DNA from: Macrostomum hystrix
Lineage: Eukaryota; Animalia; Platyhelminthes
Assembly: GCA_950097015.1 (NCBI GenBank)
Contig: CATNEN010000038.1
Coordinates: 2,294,001-2,358,000, forward strand
Length of the DNA: 64,000 nucleotides
Reading direction: 5' to 3'
Of the stretch, positions 10,901-23,556 are shown one piece after another. A program made the translations under genes and the position numbers. How positions within the stretch are numbered: position 1 is the stretch's first letter; each line of letters starts with the position of its first letter. The notes beneath the pieces are model-generated. The model did not search any database and had not been told where the DNA came from. It saw nothing but the letters and a program-made list of their open reading frames with translations.

Positions 10901-13900
10901 TCAGGGAGGACAGAGTGGGGATCAGACAGGACAGAGTGGGGATCAGGGAGGACAGAGTGGGGATCAGACAGGACGGAGTGGGGATCAGGGAGGACAGAGT
11001 GGGGATCAGACAGGACGGAGTGGGGATCAGGTAGGACAGAGTGGAGAGTGGAAAATACTATGGAAATCAAGGAGAAAAAGTAGTACCAAAAGGTGAGAGC
11101 ATGAGGAATGGGCATGAGGAGTGTGCATAAGAGCAGCGGAAGCGGCCGCAGCTAGTAATTTGGGCGGCAGACAGAGCTAGCGCAAAATCGCCAATTTATA
11201 GGCTGCCACAAGCGGTTACAAAAAGCGACGATTAAAGAAACTTTATAAAAAACTTACTCGGGCACCGGGGATTTCGATCGCCGTCTGGGTCGTTGGCGGT
11301 GGTCGCAGTCAGTTATTAATATATAATATTAATTTTGTACAGTACATAAACACAGAATAAAGAATTAAAAAGCTTTGTTATAAGTTAGGCTGTAGAGATG
11401 ATACCGTTGTGAACAAAAACTTCACCCTGGTTTCCATGGAAACATAACAGATAAAAAAACAGTGGCAAAGCAACTCACTGAGGTACCATCGGTGGTGGCA
11501 GCTGACCGCCTGGGGCGCCGCCGGGACGCGGCACCGACGGCGCCGGACGCGAGGGCACGGCCGGCCTGGCCTGAATTGGCGGCTGCATTGTCTGGGAGCT
11601 GCCGCCTCCGCCGACCGGAGTTCGCCGGCCCTGCATCGGCGGCGGCTGCTGCTGCGGCGGCTGCTCAGGCTGAATCCAGTCGTCCTTCACGGGCGGCGGC
11701 GTCGGTGTGTGCGTTGTGTTTGCCGAAACATCGCTGAGGATCTGCAGCGCCTCCTTGGTGGCTTTGTAGATGCGCAGAGTCTCTTCGCGACGCTGGGCCT
11801 CTTCGGGCGACTCCTCCATGAGCTGGCTCTGGTCGAAGCCGCCGTACAGCTGGGCCAGCATGGTGGACTTCAGGAAGTCCTTCAGCTGCGGGACAGAAAA
11901 AGGCGGCTACGGTTGGTGGGGAGCGTGTACATAGGGGGTTGTGTGTACATAGGGGGTAGGAGTTGTAGCGAGTGTACGTTTGGGATAGGGGTTGTTGGCG
12001 AGTGAGTGTACATTGGGGTTAGGGGTTGTTGACGAGTGAGTGTACATCGGGGTTAGGGGTTGTTGGCGAGTGAGTGTACATTGGGTTTAGGGGTTGTTGG
12101 CGAGTGAGTGTACATTGGGGTTAGGGGTTGTTGGCGCGTGAGTGTACATTGGGGACAGGGGTGAGGAGCCCATGTACAGTGTGTGGGGGCTGGAAAGGAG
12201 CTTTAACTTGTTGGGGTCAAGGTTGGTTGAAATAATATAAGCAAAAGCATTAAATGACAAATTTAATAGTAGCCATCACCGCAGCACTAATAATTCACGA
12301 AATTGCAGTAGTTATCAAATACAAATATGCACTAATGATTATGAAGCATTAAATTAACAAACGATCATAAGCAAATTAAGCAAACCTCATTGACCACAAT
12401 GTGAATGACAGTCTTGGGCACAATGTCTCGCTGGGTCTTGTCCACAATCTTCATGTAGGACTCAACCAGATTTCGAATGGTCTCCACCTGGCGCTCCATC
12501 TGGGGATCCGTGCTGCCCGTGTCCTGCTCCTGCTGCAGTTGGGGATTAGATTCGGGCGGATTACCAGAGGGGATTATTTTAAAGCGTTAATCAAAAGCAC
12601 ACTATCAGTCAATCAAAATGTCAATAGAAAAATCAAAGCCAAATCTAAGAAATCAATGAAATCTTAAAGCTTCTACCCAGCTGAAATAGCCTGAACTAGC
12701 TGCAGCACCCATCATACGCAGGTAACCAGCAGGTGGACAACAGTCTTTGGAAACAGGTCCCTGTGCTCGGAGACGCAGATGTCAAAGTAGCTGCAGACAA
12801 GATTGCGAATCACTTCAACCTGACGGTCCATCAGGCCGTCCGATTGTCGGCGCAGTTGGCCGAACTGCCCGGGCGGGTCGCTGTCCTCCCCAAAGCTATC
12901 CAGCTCCTTGTGCGGCACAGATAATTTCTACTTAAATATGCTAGGAGTATTATGCGTACTACTTCTGGACAGAAGTTTCAGTAGTGTGAGAGCATTTTTA
13001 CATTTTTGTACACATGAAATGGTAATATTTTTGGCAGTTTCACTGGGTGACTGACATAGAAAATAGCGTAAAAGTACGAGCGTATTTATAAGAAAATGTC
13101 ATGTATTCCAATATCCGAAAATATCAAATATCATGTACATCACCAAAATCTCATCAATACGAGACCCGGAATATCAACAATATGATACCCGAAATCTTAC
13201 CGATATGATACCTGAAATCTCACCGATATGATACCCGAAATCTCACCGATATGATACCCGAAATCTCACCGATATGATACCCGAAATCTCACCGATATGA
13301 TACCTGAAATCTCACCAATATGATACCCGAAATCTCACCGATATGATACCCGAAATCTCACCGATATGATACCCGAAATCTCACCAATATGATACCCGAA
13401 ATCTCACCGATATGATACCTGAAATCTCACCAATATGATACCCGAAATCTCACCGATATGATACCCGAAATCTCACCGATATGATACCCGAAATCTCACC
13501 GATATGATACCCGAAATCTCACCGATATGATACCTGAAATCTCACCAATATGATACCCGAAATCTCACCGATATGATACCCGAAATCTCACAGATATGAT
13601 ACCCGAAATCTCACCAATATGATACCTGAAATCTCACCAATATATTACCCGAAATCTCACTGATATGATACCTGAAATCTCACCAATATGATACCCGAAA
13701 TCTCACCATTATGATACCCGAAATCTCACCAATATGATACCCGAAATCTGACCAATATGATACCCGAAATCTGACGAATATGATACCCGAAATCTCACCA
13801 ATATGATACCCGAAATCTCACCAAAATGATACCCGAAATCTCACCAATATGATACCCGAAATCTCACCAAAATGATACCCGAAATCTCACCAATATGATA

Positions 13901-16900
13901 CCTGAAATCTCACCAATATATTACACGAAATCTCACCAATATGAGACCCGAAATCTCATCGATATGATACCCGAAATCTCACCAATATGAGACCCGAAAT
14001 CTCACAGATATGAGACCCGAAATCCCCCGCCAGTCTCACCTCCTCGGTCTCGCGAGCCTGCCTCTCCGGGTAGACGCCGGCGCGCAGGAAGGAGGCCTTC
14101 CAGCTGTCGACTTCGTCAGTGGACTCGGCGGCCAGCTCCAGAGTCTTGTAGTCTTTGTAGGTGTTGCTAGGCAACGGGTAGGTGTGAAGTACTGAATGCA
14201 ACTGTGAATTTTTTGGCTTCTGAAATTTATTCACAGGCTGCAAACACTCACCGGCCCTCCGAGTGAAACAGCACGAAGATGTTCTTCTTGCCGAAGAGGC
14301 CGCGAGATTCGCCGTCACGAATCTTGAGGCCGTCAAGGGGCAGCATGTACTTTTTGTCGCGCTCCTGCGGATGCGAAGGTTAGCAGTTTGTATTCTCTAA
14401 AAGTACTTTTTGGTGTCATAGGGTCATAGGTTTATTTGGTCATAGGGTCATTTAGTCATAGGTTTATATGGTCATAGGGTCATTTGGTCATAAGGTCATT
14501 TGTTCATAATGTCATTTGGTCATAGGGTCATTTGGTCAAAGGGTCATAGGGTCATTTGGTCATAAGGTAATTTGTTCATAATGTCATTTGGTCATAGGGT
14601 TATTTGGTCATAAGGTCATTTGGTCATAGGGTCATTTGGTCATAATGTCATTTGGTCATAGGGTCATTTGCATATAATGTCATTTGGTCATAGGGTCATT
14701 TGGTCATAAGGTCATTTGGTCATAGATTTATTTGGTCATAGATTTATTTGGTCATAGGCTCATTTGGTCATAGGGTCATTTGGTCATAAAAATAAAGTGC
14801 TGTTGCTCACCTCCTCGTCTTTGAACCAGCTCAGGGACTCGGCCGTTAGCACAAACCAGCACTCCTTGCCGCGCATGATTGACACATTGTTAATAGTCAG
14901 GTAGCCCTTGCGAATCACCTGCAAATGATTGGTATTGTTTGTATTACTGTGAGCAAAAAACTGAAATAAATCATCGGCATTTTAGGCCAACATACACGGC
15001 AACAAGAAAGCGTTCACTAAAAGAGTGAAAGCCGTCAGAGAAGAAAATCAAATAACTGGGGCAACACACCAGAGCTAGACTAAAACTAGATAAGAAGGCC
15101 AGCTACTCAGCCAGCCACTGCTGTGCTCAACACAAAAGCTCAGTTGCCCCACACTGAGCAATGCAACTCGCAAGACACATTTTTAAGTGGCACTAATCAA
15201 TTTGTGAAAAAAACGGCTTGAAACACTAAAGGACAAGCTAATTCTGTGTTTACCTGGTTGGCCACTCGCTCCTTTCTGGTGCTCTCGGTTCTCTGCTGAG
15301 CACTGCGGGAGAATAAAAGACAACGAACATTTGATTTTCATTGATGCTAGAAAACGTTTACTAGTGCCGTCGAACAAAATTTTTATCAATCTGCACAACC
15401 TTATTTAGACACCCTGACATAATGAAGAGTTTTGGGGATAACTAAGATGAGGACTTTTGTATTACAGCAAGGATAGATTCCTAGGGATTACAACAGCAAG
15501 GATAGATTCCTAGGGATTACAACAGCAAGAATAGTTTCTTAGGGATTATAACAGCAAGGATAGATTCCTAGGGATTATAACAGCAAGAATAGTTTCTTAG
15601 GGATTATAACAGCAAGGATAGATTCCAAGGGATTATAACAGGAAGGATAGATTCCTAGGGAGTATAACAGCAAGGATAGATTCCTAGGGATTATAACAGC
15701 AAGAATAGTTTCTTAGGGATTATAACAGCAAGGATAGATTCCTAGGGATTCTTACAGCAAGGATAGATTCCGAGGGATTATTAAATCGAGGAAAGATTGC
15801 TAAGGGATTATTACAGCATGGATAGATTCCTACTAAGGGATTATTACAGCATGGATAGATTCCTACTAAGGGATTATTACAGCATGGATAGATTCCTACT
15901 AAGGGATTATTACAGCAAGGATAGATTACTAGGGATTACAACAGCAAGGATAGATTCCTAATGGATTATTACAGCAAGGATAGATTCCTAGGGATTATTA
16001 CAGCAAGGATAGATTCCTAGGGATTATTACAGCAAAGATAGATTCCTACTAAGGGATTATTACAGCAAGGATAGATTCCTACTAAGGGATTATTACAGCA
16101 AAGATAGATTCCTACTAAGGGATTATTACAGCAAGGATAGATTCCTACTAAGGGATTATTACAGCAAGGATAGATTCGTACTAAGGGATTATTAAATCAA
16201 GGATATATTCCTAAGGGATTACTACAGCAAGGATAGATTCTTCTAAGACAGCTCTTGAACACAACAGTGGCCTTACTTGGCGAAGCCGATGAAATCCTCG
16301 TGATTGGTGTTCATGTAGGCCAGCTGAATGTCCACCAGCAGCATCAGCTGGGATTTGGCTCTGGTCTCCTGCTCCCTTACCCTGTTGGTGACGATGCTTT
16401 CAACGGCCTCGCGCAGTCTGGGATAGCAGGCCATGCGCTGAGTGCACTTGTGCACCACGTTAATCAGCTCCTCCACCACCATGTCGACGCACTTCAGCGT
16501 CGGCTCCTTCAGCCGGATGATCTGCTGCTTGACAATGCGCTCAAATGCCATGTCGGGTGTGAACAACCCGGTTCTGCGGGTTGGAGGGCGTTCGGTCATC
16601 TGGGATTAGTGATGTCTAGGGTGTAAAATCTGGGATTGACGATTTCAAGGAAATATAGTCAAGGATTAGGGATTTTTTAGAAATGCATTGTGGGATTCTA
16701 GATTTTTTAGGAAATAGAATACGCGATTAGGAGTTCTAAGAAACGGAATCAAGGATTAAGCATAAAGGATTATTGAATCGGGAATTGAAAATCTAGACTG
16801 AATCTTAGATAAAGGATCTAGGATTTTATCTGGGATTTAGGTTCTAGGATTTGATCTGGTTTTAAGGATCTAGGATTTGATTTGTGATTAAGGATCTAGG

Positions 16901-19900
16901 ATGATTTGATCTGGGATTAAGGATCTAGGATGATTTGATCTGGGATTAAGATCTGGAATTAAGGATCTAGGATGATTTGATCTGGGATTAAGAATCTAGG
17001 ATTTGATCTGGAATTAAGGATCTAGGATGATTTGATCTGGGATTAAGAATCTAGGATTTGATCTGGAATTAAGGATCTAGGATGATTTGATCTGGGATTA
17101 AGAATCTAGGATTTGATCTGGAATTAAGGATCTAGGATGATTTGATCTGGGATTAAGAATCTAGGATTAGATCTGGGATTTGATCTGGGATTAAGGATCT
17201 AAGATGATGTGATCTGGGATTAAGGATCTAGGATGATTTGATCTGGGATTAAGGATCTAGGATGATGTGATCTGGGATTAAGGATCTAGGATGATGTGAT
17301 CTGGGATTAAGGATCTAGGATGATGTGATCTGGGATTAAGGATCTAGGATGATGTGATCTGGGATTAAGGATCTAGGATGATGTGATCTGGGATTAAGGA
17401 TCTAGGATGATGTGATCTGGGATTAAGGATCTAGGATGATGTGATCTAGGATTAAGGATCTAGGATGATGTGATCTGGGATTAAGGATCTAGGATGATTT
17501 GATCTGGGATTAAGGATCTAGGATGATGTGATCTGGGATTAAGGATCTAGGATAATGTGATTTGGGATTAAGGATCTAGGATGATGTGATCTAGGATTAA
17601 GGATCTAGGATGATGTGATCTGGGATTAAGGATCTAGGATGATTTGATCTGGGATTAAGGATCTAGGATGATGTGATCTGGGATTAAGGATCTAGGATAA
17701 TGTGATTTGGGATTAAGGATCTAGGATGATTTGATCTGGGATTAAGGATCTAGGATGATTTGATCTGGGATTAAGGATCTAGGATGATTTGATCTGGGAT
17801 TAAGGATCTAGGATGATGTGATCTGGGATTAAGGATCTAGGATGATTTGATCTGGGATTAAGGATCTAGGATGATTTGATCTGGGATTAAGGATCTAGGA
17901 TGATGTGATCTGGGATTAAGGATCTAGGATGATTTGATCTGGGATTAAGGATCTAGGATGATGTGATCTGGGATTAAGGATCTAGGATGATTTGATCTGG
18001 GATTAAGGATCTAGGATGATTTGATCTGGGATTAAGGATCTAGGATGATGTGATCTGGGATTAAGGATCTAGGATGATTTGATCTGGGATTAAGGATCTA
18101 GGATGATTTGATCTGGGATTAAGGATCTAGAATGATTTGATTGTGGATATGATCTATGAAAGAAGCATTAGAAAACGGTTTAGGATGAGATATTTGAGAT
18201 TTTAACTCATGGATTAGGAACAAGGATGATATGTTAGTGAATTGGGATTCCAAAAAGATATTTTCAACTGAATAATTGTAGAATCAGACGCACCTGATAC
18301 CGTGCACATTGCGAATGGTGTAGCTAATCTCTTTGCGAAGTTCGCGCTCATCAGACTCGGTCTAGAAGAAACACATATTTAAAATGTTGTTTTAACTGCG
18401 CAAAAAAGCCTGCCAGCAACCATTTTGGTGTGTGTTAAATAAACTGCATTGAAATGTTATAGGAAAGCAATTTGTTAATCTTAAAGTTCATATATTTTAT
18501 TTTTTTCAAACGTGTACTTTGCGTTGTTGTTTTAAAGTTAAAAAACTAAACAGGTCATTTTTATGACGGGCCTATCCCCTCGCCTAAAGTTAACTAACTT
18601 TGCATAGATTTATTAGCTTATCCATACTTGATTAAACAAGCACAGTCGAAGTTACAAAAAACTCATAAATGACGGGTTATTACAGTTGTTGTTGTTTGAC
18701 TAAAATTAAAATTCAGACTAATAAATTAGGCAAAAACTAGTGTGGCACAGAGCGATACGCACTCGTTGTGTAGCGTTTAATCCCACAAATAGTGAAGCCT
18801 GGGTGAAAAAACGACCAATTATAAATTAGATATTAACAAAATACATAAGTCGGCCGAGTTATAAATTATGAAAGTTATGTAATGTTAGACTATATATATG
18901 AAATAAAAAAACATATTGACCAAAAAAATAATAAGTTTTTAATTAAAAGTAACGATGATTGTAACTGATAAAAAGTAACGATTCTATTTAAACGTGTCTC
19001 AACTGAATAAATAAGCAGGAAAGCAAAGGAACATGCGAAAAATGATTTATTAACAGTCTCACCTGATGCAGCATGTACATGAAACGCTCGTGGAAGATTC
19101 TATTGATTCTAGCACCGCCAGAGAGTTCCTTGGTGCTGACTTCGCCGGAGCCTTCAATAGACTGAGTGAACTCGTCAGTAAACTGGTTGATCATGCTGTA
19201 GTTGATTGGATATTGAAGGCTCATTGACACGAGTCGTGTAAAAATTACACGACTCCTTCAGTGACATTACACAGATATACAGGCAGGCAGAGGCACAGAA
19301 CATTCAGAGTGGTGAATGTGTAAACTCACGTCATCATAGCCTTAGTCTTAATGGTGGGATCGTCCGGACTAAAATTGGCATAGGCCCGGTAGTCTTTCTC
19401 CAAGGCCAGCATCTTGGACTGCAGTTCGCTGCGCAAGGAGGGCAGGGTCTCGCGAATGTGATTGGTGAGCTGCTGGTTTAGGCAGCGCTGCAGATAGGAG
19501 GTTCCCATGCGCTCGGCCATGTGCCGGTAGGACGGGTGCGACAGGAAGAACTTCCGCTCGGCTGCCATGGCGGCTTTGATGTCCTTGCGGCCTGGGGCCA
19601 ACAAGAAGGAAGAGTATTTTATAAATCCAAATCACCAATCCTTCAGGTGCAATCTACCCCGATCATCCAGGTGTTAGCTACCCCAATGCTTCAGGCGTTA
19701 TCTACACCAACTATCTAGGTTATATACCTAATTATCCAGGTGTTTTCTTCCCTAATTATCCAGGTGTTTTCTTCCCTAATTATCCAGGTGTTTTCTACCC
19801 TAATTATCCAGGTGTTTTCTACCCTAATTATCCAGGTGTTTTCTACCCTAATTATCCAGGTGTTATCTAGCCTAATTATCGAGGTGATATCTAGCCTAAT

Positions 19901-22900
19901 TATCCAGGTGTTATCTAACCTAATTATCCAGGTGTTATCTACCCTAATTATCAAGGTGATATCTAGCCTAATTATCCAGGTGTTTTCTACCCTAATTATC
20001 CAGGTGTTTTCTACCCTAATTATCCAGGTGTTTTCTACCCTAATTATCCAGGTGTTATCTAGCCTAATTATCGAGGTGATATCTAGCCTAATTATCCAGG
20101 TGTTATCTAACCTAATTATCCAGGTGTTATCTACCCTAATTATCAAGGTGATATCTAGCCTAATTATCCAGGTGTTATCTAACCTAATTATCCAGGTGTT
20201 ATCTACCCTAATTATCAAGGTGATATCTAGCCTAATTATCCAGGTGTTATCTAACCTAATTATCCAGGTGTTATCTACCCTAATTATCCAGGTGATATCT
20301 AGCCTAATTACCCAGGTGTTATCTACCCCAATCATCCCTGTGTTATTTGCCCTAAACACTTTAGATGCTATCTACCCTAAATACCTCAGGTTTTATCTGC
20401 CCCCCAATACGTCATGTTTAATCCACGCCCGAATCCATTAGGTGTTATCCACTCACGAATTATTCAGGTGTAATATACCCAAAAGTCATTCAGGCGTTAT
20501 CTACCCTCAATGCATCAGGTGTAGTCAACCCCAGTCCTTCAGGTGCAATCTAGCCCAGTCTATCAGGTGCTAACTCATACCCACCCAGTATATCAGCGAT
20601 TATCTACTTTCAGTCCGTTAATTTTTAACTATTACAATCTTCGAATTCAAGTTACTGATTTCTTTTTTTTTCAAAATGCTGTACCACACGAGCGCACCTT
20701 CGATATCCTTTTGTGATCTGTTGACCACACCGATGTAGCCTCGACGCAGAGGCAACAGTTTGTTTTCTAAGATCTCACGAGCGTCCGTGCCCTGATCCAT
20801 GAGGTCCAGCTTGGTGATGACGCCAATGGTGCGGGTGCCGCTTGGGTCCACCTGCGAGAATGTCAAAATCAAAGCATACGAGATCAGACAGTTTGTGATA
20901 GCACTAACTTTCTCTAGCGACAGAAGCTATGCAGATCCCCAAACCGCAGAAGCTATGCAGATCCCCAAACCACAGAAGCTATGCAGATCCCCAAACCACA
21001 GAAGCTATGCAGATCCCCTAACCTCAGTAGCTATGCAGATCCCCTAACTACAAAAGCAATCCAAATTTCTAAACTAGTAAAGCTACGGGTGACATATGAA
21101 CAAGTTAACAGCACAAGTTAAGAGCCACAGATGAAGGTCACGAACCTCCTTGGCGATCTTAAGCGCGTCACTGTTAGCCAGATCTGAGTTGGCAGGACTG
21201 ACAGCTAGAATCAGGCAGTTATCCTTGGTAATAAACTCCATTATCATGTTGCGAATCTGGATTTCGATATCGGGCGGCTGGTCGCCAACAGCAACTTTGG
21301 TCATGCCGGGCAGGTCCACCAAGGTCAGGTTGAGCACATGAGGGCTGTACACGCGGAGCATGATTGGAACATTGGAGATGCCCTTGTTTTTGCCAGTGAG
21401 GCGGTCAGTCTCAGCGTCAATCTCTTGGCGAACCTCTTCAAAGTTGACATATTTTCGGCCACGCTGATGACTGAACTCGGCATACTCGGCTGTGTTTTGA
21501 GGGGTGGAGAAATTTTTGAAATGAGAACAAAAAAAACTCAGATATATGATAGAATAATTTACCTTGTGGATTGTGAATCAACTGTAAAACAAGCGGCCTG
21601 CGAGTGACAATGCCTGAACCACGTGGCAGAAAATCTCTAAAAAATAGTTTGCAGTTGTAGTATTCCATGGTCTATGCATGACAAAGCAAATGCTGAGAAT
21701 GGTTAGAATTTTAACATGGCTTCTGACACACACAGCATGATCCTGACCATCTTACTGACAACTATGGCTGTAAAATGGTATAATCTAACCCAAAGTAAAT
21801 TGTGATCTCTTTAAACCTTGGGTTTAAAGAGGTTAGGAAATTCTGGTGCAAACTGAACATTTTGCGGTGCACACCAGCACTCATTGCCACACACTGGCAC
21901 AAGCCTGTGGTTACTCACATACAATGACATAATCCATTGCACACTGGATTGCTAGTTACACACATGTACACCGGAATCAACATTCAAGCCATTGCCCTCA
22001 TAAACAATGAAACTAAATTATAATATATTACAATTAACAATTTTGATGAACATTTATTTTCTGTGTTGTTGCCCCTTATAATATTCATACAATGACTGTA
22101 CATATAGAAAAATTGTTGATCATATATTTATACAATGACTATGATAAATCTTGAAAGTGTAACTGCTAAATCTGTTGCTGTATTGCTATGCCTTAACTAT
22201 TGTTGTTGTGTGGTGTGCATTTTATTCATAATTTGATTTTATAGGTATATTATTGGAAGATTGGATATAATTTGTCATTGCCACCATACCACATCCATTA
22301 CCAGAATATCTATTGCATATAAGATGTGTCATATAGAAAGCAAATCAGTTGAATTTCAAATACAAGCTTCTGGATCATGAGTTACAAAAATTGATGTTGT
22401 TGGGCTGAGACTTGGCTGCATGGCACATAGAAGTATCAGAGTTTTGATTAAATCTGCCTTACTCCCAAAGCTTGAATTTCAACAAGAAAATTTCAATAAC
22501 TTTTCTTGCAACATTGAATTGCCATTTTGCTATTTGAATGGTCATAGTAAAAGTGGTGATTTTGTATATTTGTTAAGTTTCACATCATATCACATCCTAT
22601 ATCATTGGGAATAGATATCATTGAATATACTAATTCTCTGCGGTACATGTCAAAATAGCAACAACGAAAACTGCCAGGTGACAAAATGGGCACAGGTCAA
22701 AAATGGGTGCTAATTAACAATATTAATTTGTACTATAGTATAAGCTTATCTTTTTAACTAAGTATATAAAACATGCATGCTTTTAATATGATACAGTTTT
22801 TATTAGTATATGTTTTTTTAATTATATGATATAATTTTTTAATATATTAGAATATTTATTTTTACATGTGGAAAATATAGAACAGTTTTATGTTGCTGTG

Positions 22901-23556
22901 TTGTGTTGCTGTTTCTAAATACACAAATTATTTTTGCTTAAATAAATTAATTAATGTAATTATAAACATACAAATCTGTTCCTTTTTTTGTAAAAATAAA
23001 TACAATTACACAATTATGCAACACATAATATTAAATATTAAATACACAAAATGCTATTTGTCCCACAATTGACAAATGTGGAATCTGTTCTTCATCATGC
23101 CCTGGTAACATCTTCAGCACTAAATTTATTATATTTTTAATACAAGTTGGAAAATTAATTTATAAACTTACTTAACAAATGAACTTCAGTTTAGGTAAAA
23201 AGGCATGGTGCATAGTAAAATGGTCTAGTCTGGTTTTATGAGCCTGTAGTTGCTTGGTTATGTGCGACCATTTTGACATGAAAGCAATTATTTGGATATC
23301 CAAAAGTCAGTTCACAAAAATTATGCCATTTTATGAATAATTGTTTAGCATGTATACTAAACAAAATAGCATCATTTTTAATTTAAACTTACCTTCCAAC
23401 AAAGTTTTCTAAAACACTACTTTTTCCAGCGCTCTGACTACCAACAACAGCTATTTGTGGCAAGTCAAATTTGTGGGCAGTACCAGACGAAGCACATGCG
23501 TCCTGTAACTTATTCATAATAAGAATAAGCTGTTCCATTCCAGAATTTCCTGCCAT
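7968..23556 (-). CDS. dnm: Classical dynamin (GTPase, middle, PH, GED, PRD)
   Basis: Exons: 23393-23556 ([11 protein letters not shown]...[23 protein letters not shown]), 21563-21636 ([15 protein letters not shown]), 21146-21489 (DLPG), 20698-20851 (TKLD), 19330-19591, 19063-19195, 18294-18361, 16277-16573, 15254-15302, PH 14811-14918, 14252-14364 and 14040-14166, GED 12386-12532 (alternative 12718-12906), 11479-11885, optional PRD cassettes, last exon 7968-8019 ([16 protein letters not shown]). All introns GT-AG. Confidence 0.97.
8038..8385. repeat. 8-bp tandem repeat (tcgataac/tcgataaa)n
   Basis: Direct reading; ends about 20 nt from the acceptor of the last dynamin exon. Confidence 0.95.
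8706..8762 (-). CDS. 57-nt dynamin PRD cassette exon ([19 protein letters not shown])
   Basis: aacag|...|gtgagt, phase 2-2, proline-rich. Confidence 0.7.
9220..9955. repeat. 25-bp minisatellite
   Basis: aggggatttctgaataggatgttca, about 29 copies. Confidence 0.95.
10173..10289 (-). CDS. 117-nt dynamin PRD cassette exon ([19 protein letters not shown]...AYYS)
   Basis: tacag|...|gtaaga, phase 2-2, open frame, GC-rich codons in AT-rich surroundings. Confidence 0.7.
10562..11043. repeat. 21-bp minisatellite
   Basis: gacagagtggggatcagggag repeated. Confidence 0.95.
11258..11284 (-). CDS. 27-nt dynamin PRD microexon (RRSKSPVP)
   Basis: cccag|...|gtaagt, phase 2-2, upstream CTGAC branch-like motif. 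Confidence 0.65.
11430..11443. promoter_or_regulatory. Perfect palindromic RFX X-box-like motif
   Basis: GTTTCCATGGAAAC in a dynamin intron; motif match only. Confidence 0.35.
11922..12158. repeat. ~34-bp G-rich minisatellite
   Basis: gagtgagtgtacattggggttaggggttgttggc repeated. Confidence 0.85.
12718..12906 (-). CDS. Duplicated alternative dynamin GED exon
   Basis: aag|GAG...TGC|gtatga, 189 nt, phase 0-0. Encodes [38 protein letters not shown], paralogous to [38 protein letters not shown] in the adjacent exon 12386-12532. Confidence 0.8.
13180..14024. repeat. 23-bp minisatellite
   Basis: gatacccgaaatctcaccgatat, about 36 copies. Confidence 0.95.
14415..14788. repeat. 15-16-bp minisatellite
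   Basis: ggtcatttggtcata(g) repeated. Confidence 0.9.
15460..16245. repeat. ~29-33-bp minisatellite
   Basis: acagcaaggatagattcctagggattatt repeated, with a variant carrying extra ctaa. Confidence 0.9.
16812..18140. repeat. 29-bp minisatellite
   Basis: gatctgggattaaggatctaggatgat(g/t)t, more than 40 copies. Confidence 0.95.
19715..20335. repeat. 27-bp minisatellite
   Basis: cctaattatccaggtgttatctac/tag repeated. Confidence 0.95.
20920..21047. repeat. Short minisatellite (~26-bp unit)
   Basis: cagaagctatgcagatccccaaacca, about 5 copies. Confidence 0.85.

Noticed and set aside
9220-20441. Regular 21-33 bp repeats resembling CRISPR arrays, and their long ORFs
   Set aside because: Units are contiguous with no unique spacers, no cas genes are present, and they lie in eukaryotic introns.
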